From assembly GCA_002633005.1 (NCBI GenBank), contig NMRA01000618.1, positions 118,232 through 182,231 of the forward strand: DNA of 64,000 nucleotides, written 5' to 3'. Source of the stretch: Phoronis australis (taxonomy: Eukaryota; Animalia; Phoronida). The position numbers and the translations under genes are program-made. Shown in pieces: positions 15,401 to 27,400 of this stretch. The stretch's first letter is position 1. Every line of letters starts with the position of its first letter. The notes under the pieces are model-generated. The model ran no database searches. It worked only from the letters and a program-made list of their open reading frames with translations, and was not told where the DNA came from.

Positions 15401-18400
15401 CGGATTTCACATGAAAAAATAATCAATGACGTGTGTCTTAATTGCACCATTTGACAAATTCGAATGTTTTATGGAACGTATCTCGTTTTTGAAGGTAAAA
15501 TAGTTGTTTTGCCTAAAGTTGAAACATGACTTTCTTTGAATTATGTTATTTTAGTTGTTTAGAGTGTATTTTCTAGGAACACTGCACCTGGAGCCTCTGA
15601 CGAAACGTACTGTACCCTATTTCGTCTCAGGTTGCATCACTTACGATTGACAAACATGTACGAAATGTGTCTTATTTATTCACAGCGATGCCTTTGCTAG
15701 AGCGTTTGACGTTCTTAAGAAAAACTCCGAGACTCGCTCTTGCCACCAGAAAATAATTTTTATTACCGATGCAGAAAAACACGATGGTGATAGAATACGG
15801 TGTACCGTAGGAGAACGTGAGTAAAAAGACATGCACAGCAAACCTTAGAGGAGCATGCCACCCAAAAAACAACCTAATTTGTATCGATTTAGATCGAGTA
15901 GTTCTACTCCATAACGACGCGTACGGTTGGGTTACCTGACATCTGACGGCAGACGGAGGTGTTGAAATTATCCAATGACGTCATCGGTTTCACACGCAGT
16001 CTGTTCAGCAGTTCACAACACGGGTTACTGGTGTCAGCTTATTGCTTGAAGACATCGTTTAACACCGATAAATCATCAAACTTCGATGTAAAACCCTTAA
16101 AAATACACCGAGTTCTTATAAAAACGTGTTGTTTTATTTCGCTCTAAAGGATTTATTGGTATTTGGACACACCGTAGCCCACGAAGTTTGGCAGACCAAT
16201 GTCCGTAGCAACGGGATTTTGGGGTCTGTTCGGAGATAATTTCGAAGTATTTTCCGTGAGATACAGACAGGAGAACCTAGATCTGTGTTGTTTAGACTTG
16301 TGATTTTTTGAGTTCTAAACACCAAACGCTGAGTATCCTGGCCAGTGGCTCGGAGCCCGATCAGGCCCGTCGCGGCCGGCCGGATTGACTCGTTATCCCG
16401 GCCAATGGCTGAGAAACTGACCAGGCATCACGAACATAAACCAGCCAAAGTTCAGTGGAAACTAAACTTCCAGTCAAGAAAATAGTATACTTGTGAGCCA
16501 AAGTAATGTGCACGTGATTATGTTGGTGAATTAGCCACGAAACTGCAAATCTATTTACTCGTCGAGTGCCGCGGAATTCAGGTTCCGCTTTGGCCACAGC
16601 ACCGTCAGGGCAGAAGTTGTACATTGACAATCATTATTTGAGTAATGTAAATGTACGTAAAGATTCTCCTATCACCTGGCAGTGGGATGGAAATCGAGTT
16701 GTTTCACAACAGTTTCTGTCAGCAAACACGAAATTAGCATAAGCTCACACGGCCTTGTACGTTTCCCGTCAATTAGTTTTATTGCACCTAAAGCCGGTAA
16801 CGCAGTGATTTATTCATTGCTGGCTTTTCAAATCATTTGCACTCACGAAAACTCCAAAGGCATTGCAAATTGCACCTAATGAGACAGACTTTGTTTCAGT
16901 TTTATATAAGTATTGGTTAGGGTGAGAATAATTCATTTTGAAACAGAACGCCAACATGGCAACTCGCAATCCCGACGAGCTAGAGCTCATCAGTCCCGAC
17001 TTCACAGGTGGATCGTTAAGTTTTACAGGCTATCAATTCGAACAGGAATACCGTGATGAAGAAATACTAGAGAGGCGCCGTGAACAAGCTCAGACAACGG
17101 AACGTATGGAGTTATTTGGTAAGCCGGCATTCGTCAGGCACTTTCTACGCCTGCAAAGGCCACAGACAAGGAGATGTTTCACAGCCTCATACTTACTTTT
17201 TACAGCGTAAATTTCATTCTTCACTACCATGAGCCATTTCCTAAGCATTTTGGACTATCGAGAAAGTAAAAAAACGATATACCCGCTTTCCTCGCATCTG
17301 CTTAGTTCGGACAAGCGGGAACGATGCACCGCAACATAGCGGCATTCACTCTGCATATGAACCATTGACGGCGCTAGCGTCGTTTCTCACCTTCCTCACA
17401 GGTTAACGCGACACCTCTTGGCAAGGTAAGGTCGACCGTATGAGAGGCGATGTGGATACAGACCTATTAAGACGGCAAAAATGACTAATTAAATTTGGTG
17501 GCATTCTCCTTTAAACAGCACATCTGTTTATAGTTTGTTTGCATAAACAGTAGTGTCGCGCCTTTTGGCCTGTGGCCGACTGCACTTACACGCGAAACTT
17601 AGGCGCACGCGCGCCAGTATGCGAATCACTTTAGTAAATGAAAGGCCGCCAAAACGGCATTAATTCGGATATAGGTCCGGCGCTGCAATACTCTGTGCCT
17701 ACATACAATATCAAACGAACCGCTAAACTTCAGTCAAACATGTGACGGAATGACCAATATATGTATATGTAAATGGTTCCACATGAGCACAACTTCTCAC
17801 GAACTGGAAGCAATCTTGTATCAAGTTCAAAGGTCTACCTATGTTGATATAATACTGTTATGTGAACAACCCTTTGCCTATGACAAAGAAAAAATTATAT
17901 AACAAAAGACAAAAGTCCTTAAACCATAGTCAATCCAGTCTGCTGCACTACAAAACCTAATGGCGGGGGATCAAACGTGTTGTCCGGACGTCAAAATGCG
18001 ATGGCCTCACCCAAAAAACTAGTTGGCTAGACCACGATGGCCGGTGCTACAATTATTTGGCCGGAGATCAAACACGACGGCCGGACTTCCTGTCAGACTC
18101 ATTATTAATGTCTCGAAGCATTCAAGTGATATCTAGTGGTTATTTTCGTACACGTGGGTTTGTTTAGCACAAAATCAGCGATTTGTTTGGCCATTGAGTT
18201 ACTTGTAATGCTTGCCTGAAATTAAGCGAAATGTCACACATTCTATGTGTGTACTGTATTTATCAGAAATACGTACAGAACGTGATGATACGGCTGTGCA
18301 AAAACTTTGCCATTCAACGGTGAAATACGAAAGAACTACTTTCCTCAAACTGCGATGTAATTGCCGTTACATAGTATTTTTACAAGCGTAATGCGCGTCG

Positions 18401-21400
18401 AAAGATGCACAGAAATCCATCGTGAGAGCGCGCCGACCTAACGTGAGCGCTGGCGAAGGACTATAATAAATCAATTTTGGCGTGTGTGTACTCGGGCGGG
18501 AGGGTATCTGTAGTTTCTGAGTGTGGATGCAATTTTTGTAATTTGTTTGTGTATAGCGACATCAAGATGACCACGTGTGTAGATTTGTTACGCTTGACCG
18601 GTGCAAAATGTTTAAGTAAAATGCACCCATCACGGGTGTATCGTGCCCTGATTACAAAATACGCGACAACGCATATGAAACAAAATGAACGTGCTTACAA
18701 ACACAGTACAGGTTGCTGGAGAAGATGCTTTTCTGAAAAACACCTACATGTACATGTATTGCGGGTATGAGACACTTTTGGTGTAAACTTGAGCAGTTTA
18801 TGATGTCGCTCCTTTGACGTTTTAACTTATACTGTAGTATCGCTGAATGCAACAAAACACCTTCATGAAACAGACATACATTTTCTAACACGTAACTAAT
18901 GTTGATCATAACCTACTCAGTAAATTGAAATTTTGCAAAATAAGTAGGTCACCTCATTACGGCGTTTTCCAGTTGCTCCCAACTTGTTCGATTCTATAGC
19001 CCAACAACAAGTTGGGAAGATCACCCCTGTAGTCAAAACTCCATTCTGGCATTTACAGTTAGAGGACCGGCTCTCTTTTGTTCGATAACTGCTCTAATCT
19101 CCGATTAGATCGTTTCTAACCTGACTGGGCTGTGCTGTTAAAATGAAAGTTAAGTTATAACATATTTGAACATTAACCAATAGCATTTCTGAATTCCTTG
19201 TCAAATGCTGATGATGTTTAGTTTTTGAATCACCAAAATCGCCATACTACAACAGAAGTTAAGACAATCCATTCTGCCAGGTTTCTGTAACCCTTTGAAG
19301 CCTGGCGATAATTGGCCTGCTTGTTGCAATACAGGAAAAAAGGCTGTAGGCTACAGGGCAGTTAACAAAGGCGCCAGATGTTATCGCACATTCAGAACCC
19401 CTTACGTCTGGAAAAGTTGCTGAACGACAACGCCGTCATGTGTCATTTGAAAAAAGTTCCATTAACCCTCAAAGAATGGAAAAAAAAAACAGCTATTGAA
19501 ACATCTTTTTAAAACTATTTCCACGTATTTCAGGATATCTGATAACTATACTGTTCATTGGTAAACCAAAGATCACGCTTTGCCCTCGCTCATAAAGTCC
19601 ACAAATGCCTACAGCTCTTTCGGACTGTTTCATACAGAAGGTACGGATGTAGTGACTTACAGGTGTACATGTATGCAGAGTAGAAGACCTTTTGCATGCC
19701 TAGACAGACCCAGCTACACTGCGGCGATTACCCCCCCCAAGTTCAATACAAATTGAATTACAAATGTCGCTTCTTTTGAAAGTCAGGCAGACATTAGAGT
19801 CTGGTTGAGCTCTTTGGCCATTTTATATTATTTCATGTGTTTAAGTTTGTCATTCGTTGTTTCAGATGGCGAGGTCGTCTTGAGTGAAACGTCGTACAAA
19901 ATTTGCTTTCACCAGTGGGAGCGATTTCCTGAACGGCTGAAAAAACTGAGGACAAAAATGAATATATCGGTGAGTTGCCTACATGTATAGTATGTTGATG
20001 ATTGTGGTGTAGCGTATAGTGTGTTAAGCAGTCACAACTTTGGATTAGTGCTCATGTGTTACCGCTTGTCGGATGCGGCATTGTCCTTCAGTACATGACT
20101 TCGTTATTACCGATCATGACAGCTACCACATCAGGTGGCTATAAGCTAAATATTATTAAAGCTGTGTGGATCGTATATTTTGAGCCGGGAATTCGGTTTC
20201 ACAAGTCAAATTCTCATCTCAAAAAACCTGTCCTAGACCAACTTCCTTGCTGCTATAAACCTTGGTCACCGGTCGCTCAACAACACCATTGTTACCTCGT
20301 TTCAGCCTGAAATATACACCTTCATCGTAAAGAAACAAGGAGTGCTGTCATCGGAGCTGCTGTGTTCTAAAGTGCATCGAACATTTCTGGTATCACTGTT
20401 AGCTTACCATGTTATTTCTATGGCTCATTTCAGTTTAAAAGGATACCAAACCATGCTGTGGGAGGTTCGACCAATCCGTGTTCCGTTCCCGCTAATGCAC
20501 CATGTACACCCAACTGACAGTCAAAGTGTTATTCTTTGAATGAATATATATAATGTACATGTATGGTTCACTTTCTGTATTCCAGTGTCAAGACTTAGAT
20601 AATAAAGACTGCGATCAAGTTAAGCGTTAAATTAGTTATTGAAACGCAGGGTAGAGGGAGTGTGACCGGCAAAGTCTTGATCACTGAGTGGCCGCGGGAA
20701 TCTTTCTAAATTCAAGGGTTATTGCTCAAATGTCTTTAGATTGCTATTGGCAACCGATTTATGATCAATAATGATCGTCTAGTTTAAGAGCTATTAACAG
20801 ATGAGCAGTCGCTTTTGTTGACTCTTCACTCAAGTTTTCCCTGGACAAGGTGTATGTTAGTAGTCTACATTATGACAAATTATGGAAATTGCTTTCACTT
20901 TCGTGTAAGTTTTAGTGAACTATAGAAACCCACGAACTGGATTTCTCATCATTTCGCTTAGGCAAGCTCTTTTATGGTTTACCTCGCATTGATAGCACTG
21001 GTAATTACCAATAATGATATTGATTACTTCATGTCGATTTTTGTTCGATTAATGGAGCCTTAAGCGATGGTCAGGAAACACCGATATCTTCAGCTTTTTG
21101 TTCCGAGAAAGTGCCCATGGCCGCTATCCTTTTTTCCGAAAAAACGAGCACTTTCGGATGTACCCGGTGACCATGTATAACGAGCGTTACGTTTTCAAAT
21201 GGATAGCCTTGTTTCCTCTTTGCTGGAGAAGAGAGATTGGTGCACGTTAATGACGATGACATGGTTGCAATTCTTTTACTCTCCGTAAACCTGGACAAGG
21301 TCGGTCTCTGCAAGAGTTATAAAAAAAAAATCGAACATGGCGTTACACACTCTGCCGCATAACTATGAGGTTGAGTTGCCTGCATGTAGAATTTTTGTAG

Positions 21401-24400
21401 ATCGGACACAACGAGCATCACTTTCAGAGCCTTCATAGCTCCAGTAACGAACTATATACCTAGCTGACAATTTCGATAGGTGTTTGCATCCACTAGGCTT
21501 ATTATTCGACGGCGAAAACACGAGAAATAAGGGTCTTAAGAAAGATGGCAATATTAACCGAGATATTGGGCCAACACCTTTTTCAATGAACGATATCGCC
21601 TCGTTTATTATGAGAATACTTCTTGTTGTTTATGATATGGAAAACCACAAAAACACTCCCACAGGTTGTATTTTCTGCACCATATACATGTAATATTAAA
21701 TTTTAAACAAATCGGGCTAATTTAGTGCGCGGATTTCGATTTGTGCTTGCAACTGGAATGTAAACAATCAGTCTTGGTATTTAAGACTCGTTTCAAAAAC
21801 AAGAATATGTATATTCATGAGTGCCATGTTAAATGGCCTTTGGAATGTATATTATGAATCTTGGCAGGCAGTATTTCCCCACACTTGTGTAACTCGACTA
21901 AAGCCTTGACGTAGGTCACGCTTGCCGATTTAGCAGACTTTTAGAGTTTACAAAATGGCCTCCAAATTTTGGATGGTTGGCGTGAGTTACACAGCATCGT
22001 TTTGTTTTCGAAAATGTGACGGTAAAGTCGTCGGGTTTTGTATCCTTTTAAATTAATAATAACTTTTTTGTTTCAATATTATTTAATATGACGTGTATTT
22101 AGTTTTCTTAGATGTGCATGTACATGTAGGTCCGTCATTTTGATTAAAAGTCGAAACATCGGAGGGATGTTCAATTAAGACGGTATGCACGTGAAGTCAA
22201 ATTTGTTGAATTCAAAGATCGATTATTATAAAAGATGACTTGAATTTCCTTGTCAAAATAGCGTACTTTAAGTCTGTGCTTGCGGTTCAGTATTCAAGCC
22301 ATGTGGATGAGCAATAATATAATGTAAACTGTTTTAATTGACGATACTATCGATCAAAGAATCATGGCTTTGTTACTCTTGAGCGGTTTGGAGAGTTAAA
22401 GTTCCATGTCTATTCCAATATGAAATTTCTTTAATAGGCGGAGACACAAAGTCACAACGTTTCGCTTAGAGAACGTGTGAGGCCTTGCGTCGGTGCTACA
22501 TCAAGCTTGTTAATTTGCACGACTCTTGCAGTATCTCTAAAATTGAGTTACTGGTTCTAGCTGCAGGGAGAGTCCGATTTGAAGAGTAGTCTAGAAAAAT
22601 TGAAAAGCCAAATGGATGTCCTCAAGACTCCTAAAGACCACACGGAAGTGAGCGTTACCGAGCCGTACACGGATTCAACAGGCTTGGGGCCCGTCATCAC
22701 TCTGAGTGCCCCCGTGTTTTCCAGGAAAACACACCAGTAAGCATGCCATTTTAGTGGAGCAGTCTCATTTTAAACTATACTGTTTGTTTAAATGCTTAAC
22801 TTTAGTTGTGGGGCTTATATGAGAGGCAATGTTAGATTTGCAGTCTCCAATTGATTCACCAACATATTCACGTGCACATTACTTATTTGGCTCACTAGTA
22901 TAGTATTTTCTTAAATGGAAGTTTAGTTTCCAACTTTAGCTGGTTTATGTTCGTGATGTCTTCAGTCCGGCCGGGATAAAAAGCGTTTTGTGTGTTTAGA
23001 ACTCAAAAATTACAAGTCTAAACAGCACATATCTAGGTTCTCCTGTCTGTATTTCACGGAAGAATACTTCGAATTTATCTCCGAACAAATTAAAAAAACT
23101 CCTGCTACGGACTTTGGTAAATTGGCCCGCCGATTTTTGTAGGCTACGGTGTGTCCAAATACCAATAAATCCGTAACACCGAAATAAAACAACACGCTTT
23201 TATAAGAACTCGGTGTATTGTTAAGGGTTTTAAATCGAAGTTTGACGATTTATTGGTGTTAAACGATGAATTCAAGCGATAAGTTGACACCAGTAACCCG
23301 TGTTTTGAACTGCTGAACAGACTGCGTGGGAAATCAATGACATCATTGGATAATTTCAACACCTCCGTCTGCCGTTAGGTAACGCAACCGGACGTGCCGT
23401 TATAGAGTAGAACTACTCTATCAAAATTGATACAAAATAACGGTTGTTTTTTTGGTGGCATACTCCTTTAAGGATAGCCATTCGCATAAATAACGAATAG
23501 TTCAACACCATTAGTGTACAGCTGTATTCCCTTGTCAGTTACGTTGAGAACTGAGTTCGTTGTCATCAATATAATATTGCTTTGTATCACACAGGTTACT
23601 TGGGGTGTTTGCCGCTGACATTATGACATCCACCTTAAACAGCTTAGTAGCACACGTTTGGAAGAAATCTTATGGGTTTATTACCGACCTGACCGGCAAT
23701 GTTGTGGTCCATCCGTCACAGGTACATGTACAAATGTATGTTATGTGTTATATGATTTCAAACACTATTAAACATTCTAAATGACCCATCGGAATTTGGG
23801 ATTTTATCTTAGGCTCAGGTCTAAATTGTAGGAAAAAGTTAAGTTGGGGGAAACATTCCCGCTATACAGATTGGGCGTTTCAATAAAAAGGACGCGCATT
23901 CCCTAATAGAAACTGAAAATACTTGTCATTGTGTTCGTTAGTTAATTTAGATACAGTTCCAATTACGGAATAGAATTCGTGAAATATGGAGTAAAATTTA
24001 CTTTGACCGCTCCATTAAGCCTACCGAAGAGGTTTCGACGTGAGAGCTAACTTGTGTCTCGCGCTCACGTTACGGAGTACCAGAGATAACCGGCAGCAAG
24101 AATCATCTATGAGCCAACGTTGATTTTTTACAATAAATTTAGTTTCTGGTTAGCTACATGATACTATCCTGTGGTTGTAGGGATCAAAGTGTGTCGTACT
24201 CACCCCGACATATTTAAAACGGAGGTATAAGAGTGATCGAACTGGAGTAGAAAATGGGTTGGTCACTTCAAGATTCCATAGGTGCTTCGTTTCTTTATTA
24301 CTTGAAAACATGAAACATCTAGTTAACGGCTGAGTGTGTGATTAGTACACTGTACGAGGAATGTCTACTGTCCTTTTTCGTAATGAAGTTTGGACCATAA

Positions 24401-27400
24401 TATATCGAGTGGAATAGTTGTTCAAGCAGCGAGAACAAAGAACCCCAAATTGTAAACGTGTCTCACGGCGATTCACGTGTATGAAGTATAGTGTCATTGT
24501 AGCTTAATTCTGAAAAAAAAATCTACGCGAAAGAGAAACGCTGGCCAACGGAAAATGCGGCAGGTACCATGGAAGCGTTCTACTTTTAAAACATGGTTCA
24601 CGTCCAGGAATATTATTTTCAGACTTCCAACTCACGCAGTTCTTGAGCGCAATTGTGAGGCATGGTTTTGCCACTGAAAGTACATGTACAAGTAGACACA
24701 GCGTCTGGAATTGACACAACTTCTGAATTGTAACAAACTGGGTCAGCGTTGTCGCCGTAGGCCTAAATTGCCATATGCAAAAGTAGTTCCGGCAGTTTGG
24801 GCAACTTACATCCATTTGGGTCGGCAATGTCGACTCAAATTGTTTACAAATTACATGTTGTGTATAGTGCGGCTGTTTTATCAATTTGTGGCCGCACAAG
24901 TGCATCACTTTTCAGTTGCTGGAAATCTATTTTATAGTTGTCACATTTATGTCAGCAATATTGAAATTGGAGCTAAGACAAGGACTGCGGGAGGGTAAGT
25001 TATGCCAAAGACTTCATCTGTTAGCCAAGGTACCCGAGGCTGAGAATATTGACTTATGGAACAGAAATTGTGAATTCCTATTATCACAAAATTCACGAAT
25101 GGTATCTCATGATACAGCATTCCAACCTAACAGACCAATCATTTTAAGAATCGCCATTTTGGTAGGTTACGCAAGTAAGGTCTTCAGCATTTTCGCGAAG
25201 AACTCTCGGCATTTCGCGTGATGTCGCGTGATCTTGCTTTTTACCGAGACTTTTGTGTCTACGGAACGTATCCCTGGTCCCGGGCTAACTTTGAAGTCGG
25301 AAGTCGATTCTAAAGCTGACAAAAACTGTCAAAGAAGCTCAAAAGTTAAAAAAAATGAAAAATGAAAACACTATGGCTTGCGGAGTGGGAAATGTTTTTT
25401 AAGCTCCGACGGCAGTGGTTGTTGTATGAGAAGCCTTTATATGCCCATTGCCGATTCTTACTTCCACCCAAAATAAGTCAATTTTACGTCATTTTAGTTG
25501 GAGCGTAGAGCCAGCGATGAGGAGGTAATAAATCAACAAATCAAGCAAATAGAAATAAGCATGGAACAACCAGCCCATGCAAACTTACTGGAAAACAACT
25601 TGAAAAAACTGAACGAAAAGGATTCCATTGACTTCACCATCTACAATGTTCAAAGGCGGATAACTGGGAAATTTGGCTCAACTTGGAGGACCACTCAGCA
25701 CGTGCGGTACTTTGCTACGTACATAAAAGGTGAACATTTGTTTTTAACGCGATAAAAAGATAGGAAAATACTTCTATCCATTGGACCTTGAAAACATCTC
25801 CAGGAGTTGCGCCTGGGGGGAATGACGCGTTGTGCTGTACGTCTGCTACATATATTTGACATGATCAGTAAAAATCAATCACGTTGCTTTGAATTGCCTA
25901 TTTTTCAGATCCTGGTTTTATTTTTGGATTGGCAGTACCGTACCAGGACGAACAATTTCATCACGTGTTGCATACCGAGCGCCCTCTACAGGAAGTCAGA
26001 TTATGTACCCAGGGGAACGATCGCGTTGAAGGCGGTAACAAATAGAACCTTTATCACGACTTATTTGCAGTGTTCTATGTACTTCTTGTCAACAGTAATG
26101 TTTCGTACACTCTTTCTTGCAAAGTCAATCAATATTATTTGTGTTCGTCATGTGTTTCGAAAAAGATCCATCAACAGCTGACTGCTTCCAGATATTAAAA
26201 AACCAAGCTTCTAAAAAAGCCACAGTTATTAAGATAAAACATTACAATTATTCAATATGTCCAGTACATTCTCATGTCGTGCATCCAAGTAAAAAGCGGG
26301 CACTGATTTTATGAAACATTCTTGTGTTTTTAGGTGAGAGTTCCTGTGTTTTAGTCTCTACTTCAGCGTTTTGTGGCAAACGCGACCAGCCAGTAACGCC
26401 TCAGGAGCTGCGCCGTTATTTGAACCAAAGTACGTGCCTATTTATGTAAAAACAGGGTACAGCCTCAAGATGGCGCTGATCAGGTTACATGTAGTTATTT
26501 GAGGCTGCCTTAGGGAAAATCAAATGTGTCAGAATTCTGACACATTTTTACAGCAATCTCAACAATATCATGAGTAACAAGAGTTATCAACTTTGAAATT
26601 TTCTGCAGTATAATATAAAAATGAAAACTAACAGTAGAATACATCAATTTAGGTATAAATTTTTGAAAACATGATGTACTTTGATTCGAAAACAGAATAA
26701 CTCCAAAATGAATGATATTATTAATATGAGAACAGATTAAAAATAATCTTTGTTTAAAACATTAATAAAAATGCCTTCTGATTTATGAATGGCTTCAACA
26801 ACGCCTGCGAAAATAATTAAAATCTGGCTTTGTTTTAATGACGTCAAGGCACCGGCCAATCATTGCGCAGAAGGTATTTACCCTAACCAAGCCTCAAATT
26901 GCTAAACCAATCAGTGACATCTTGAGGTTTTGGGACGAGGCTGGAGCAGGGTATAGTTTCGTAGACGCAGAAAGTAGTTCGATCACGTGCTTAGCATACA
27001 TGGCGATATCTCGCAAAATCATGGCCACGTATTCCCATGAGACAAAATAATGAAAGTGGTATCTTTTGATACTTCAATCCATTATGGATAGCATCCCCCA
27101 GACCTGCGTTTTGTGAGTAGTGTAAACAGAACTACTACAAAAAACATTCGCGCACTCATTGGGCGGGGGGGCTCGGCGCGAAGTGGGCAAAAAGGTCCGC
27201 CTCGGAGAACCAAAAAGTCCGAGTAAACGAGACATAAGTCCACTAAAAAGGCGTGCTAGCCCCCTTTTTAGTCCTCTCGCTTTTTGTTAGCAAAAGGTCC
27301 ACACCGCCAGAAATTCGAGCCCCCCATATTAAAGGGTGTGTGCGCGCATGGAAAAAATCGACCTCTTTAAATGTTGAGGAAACACAGAACCCTTCGCAAC

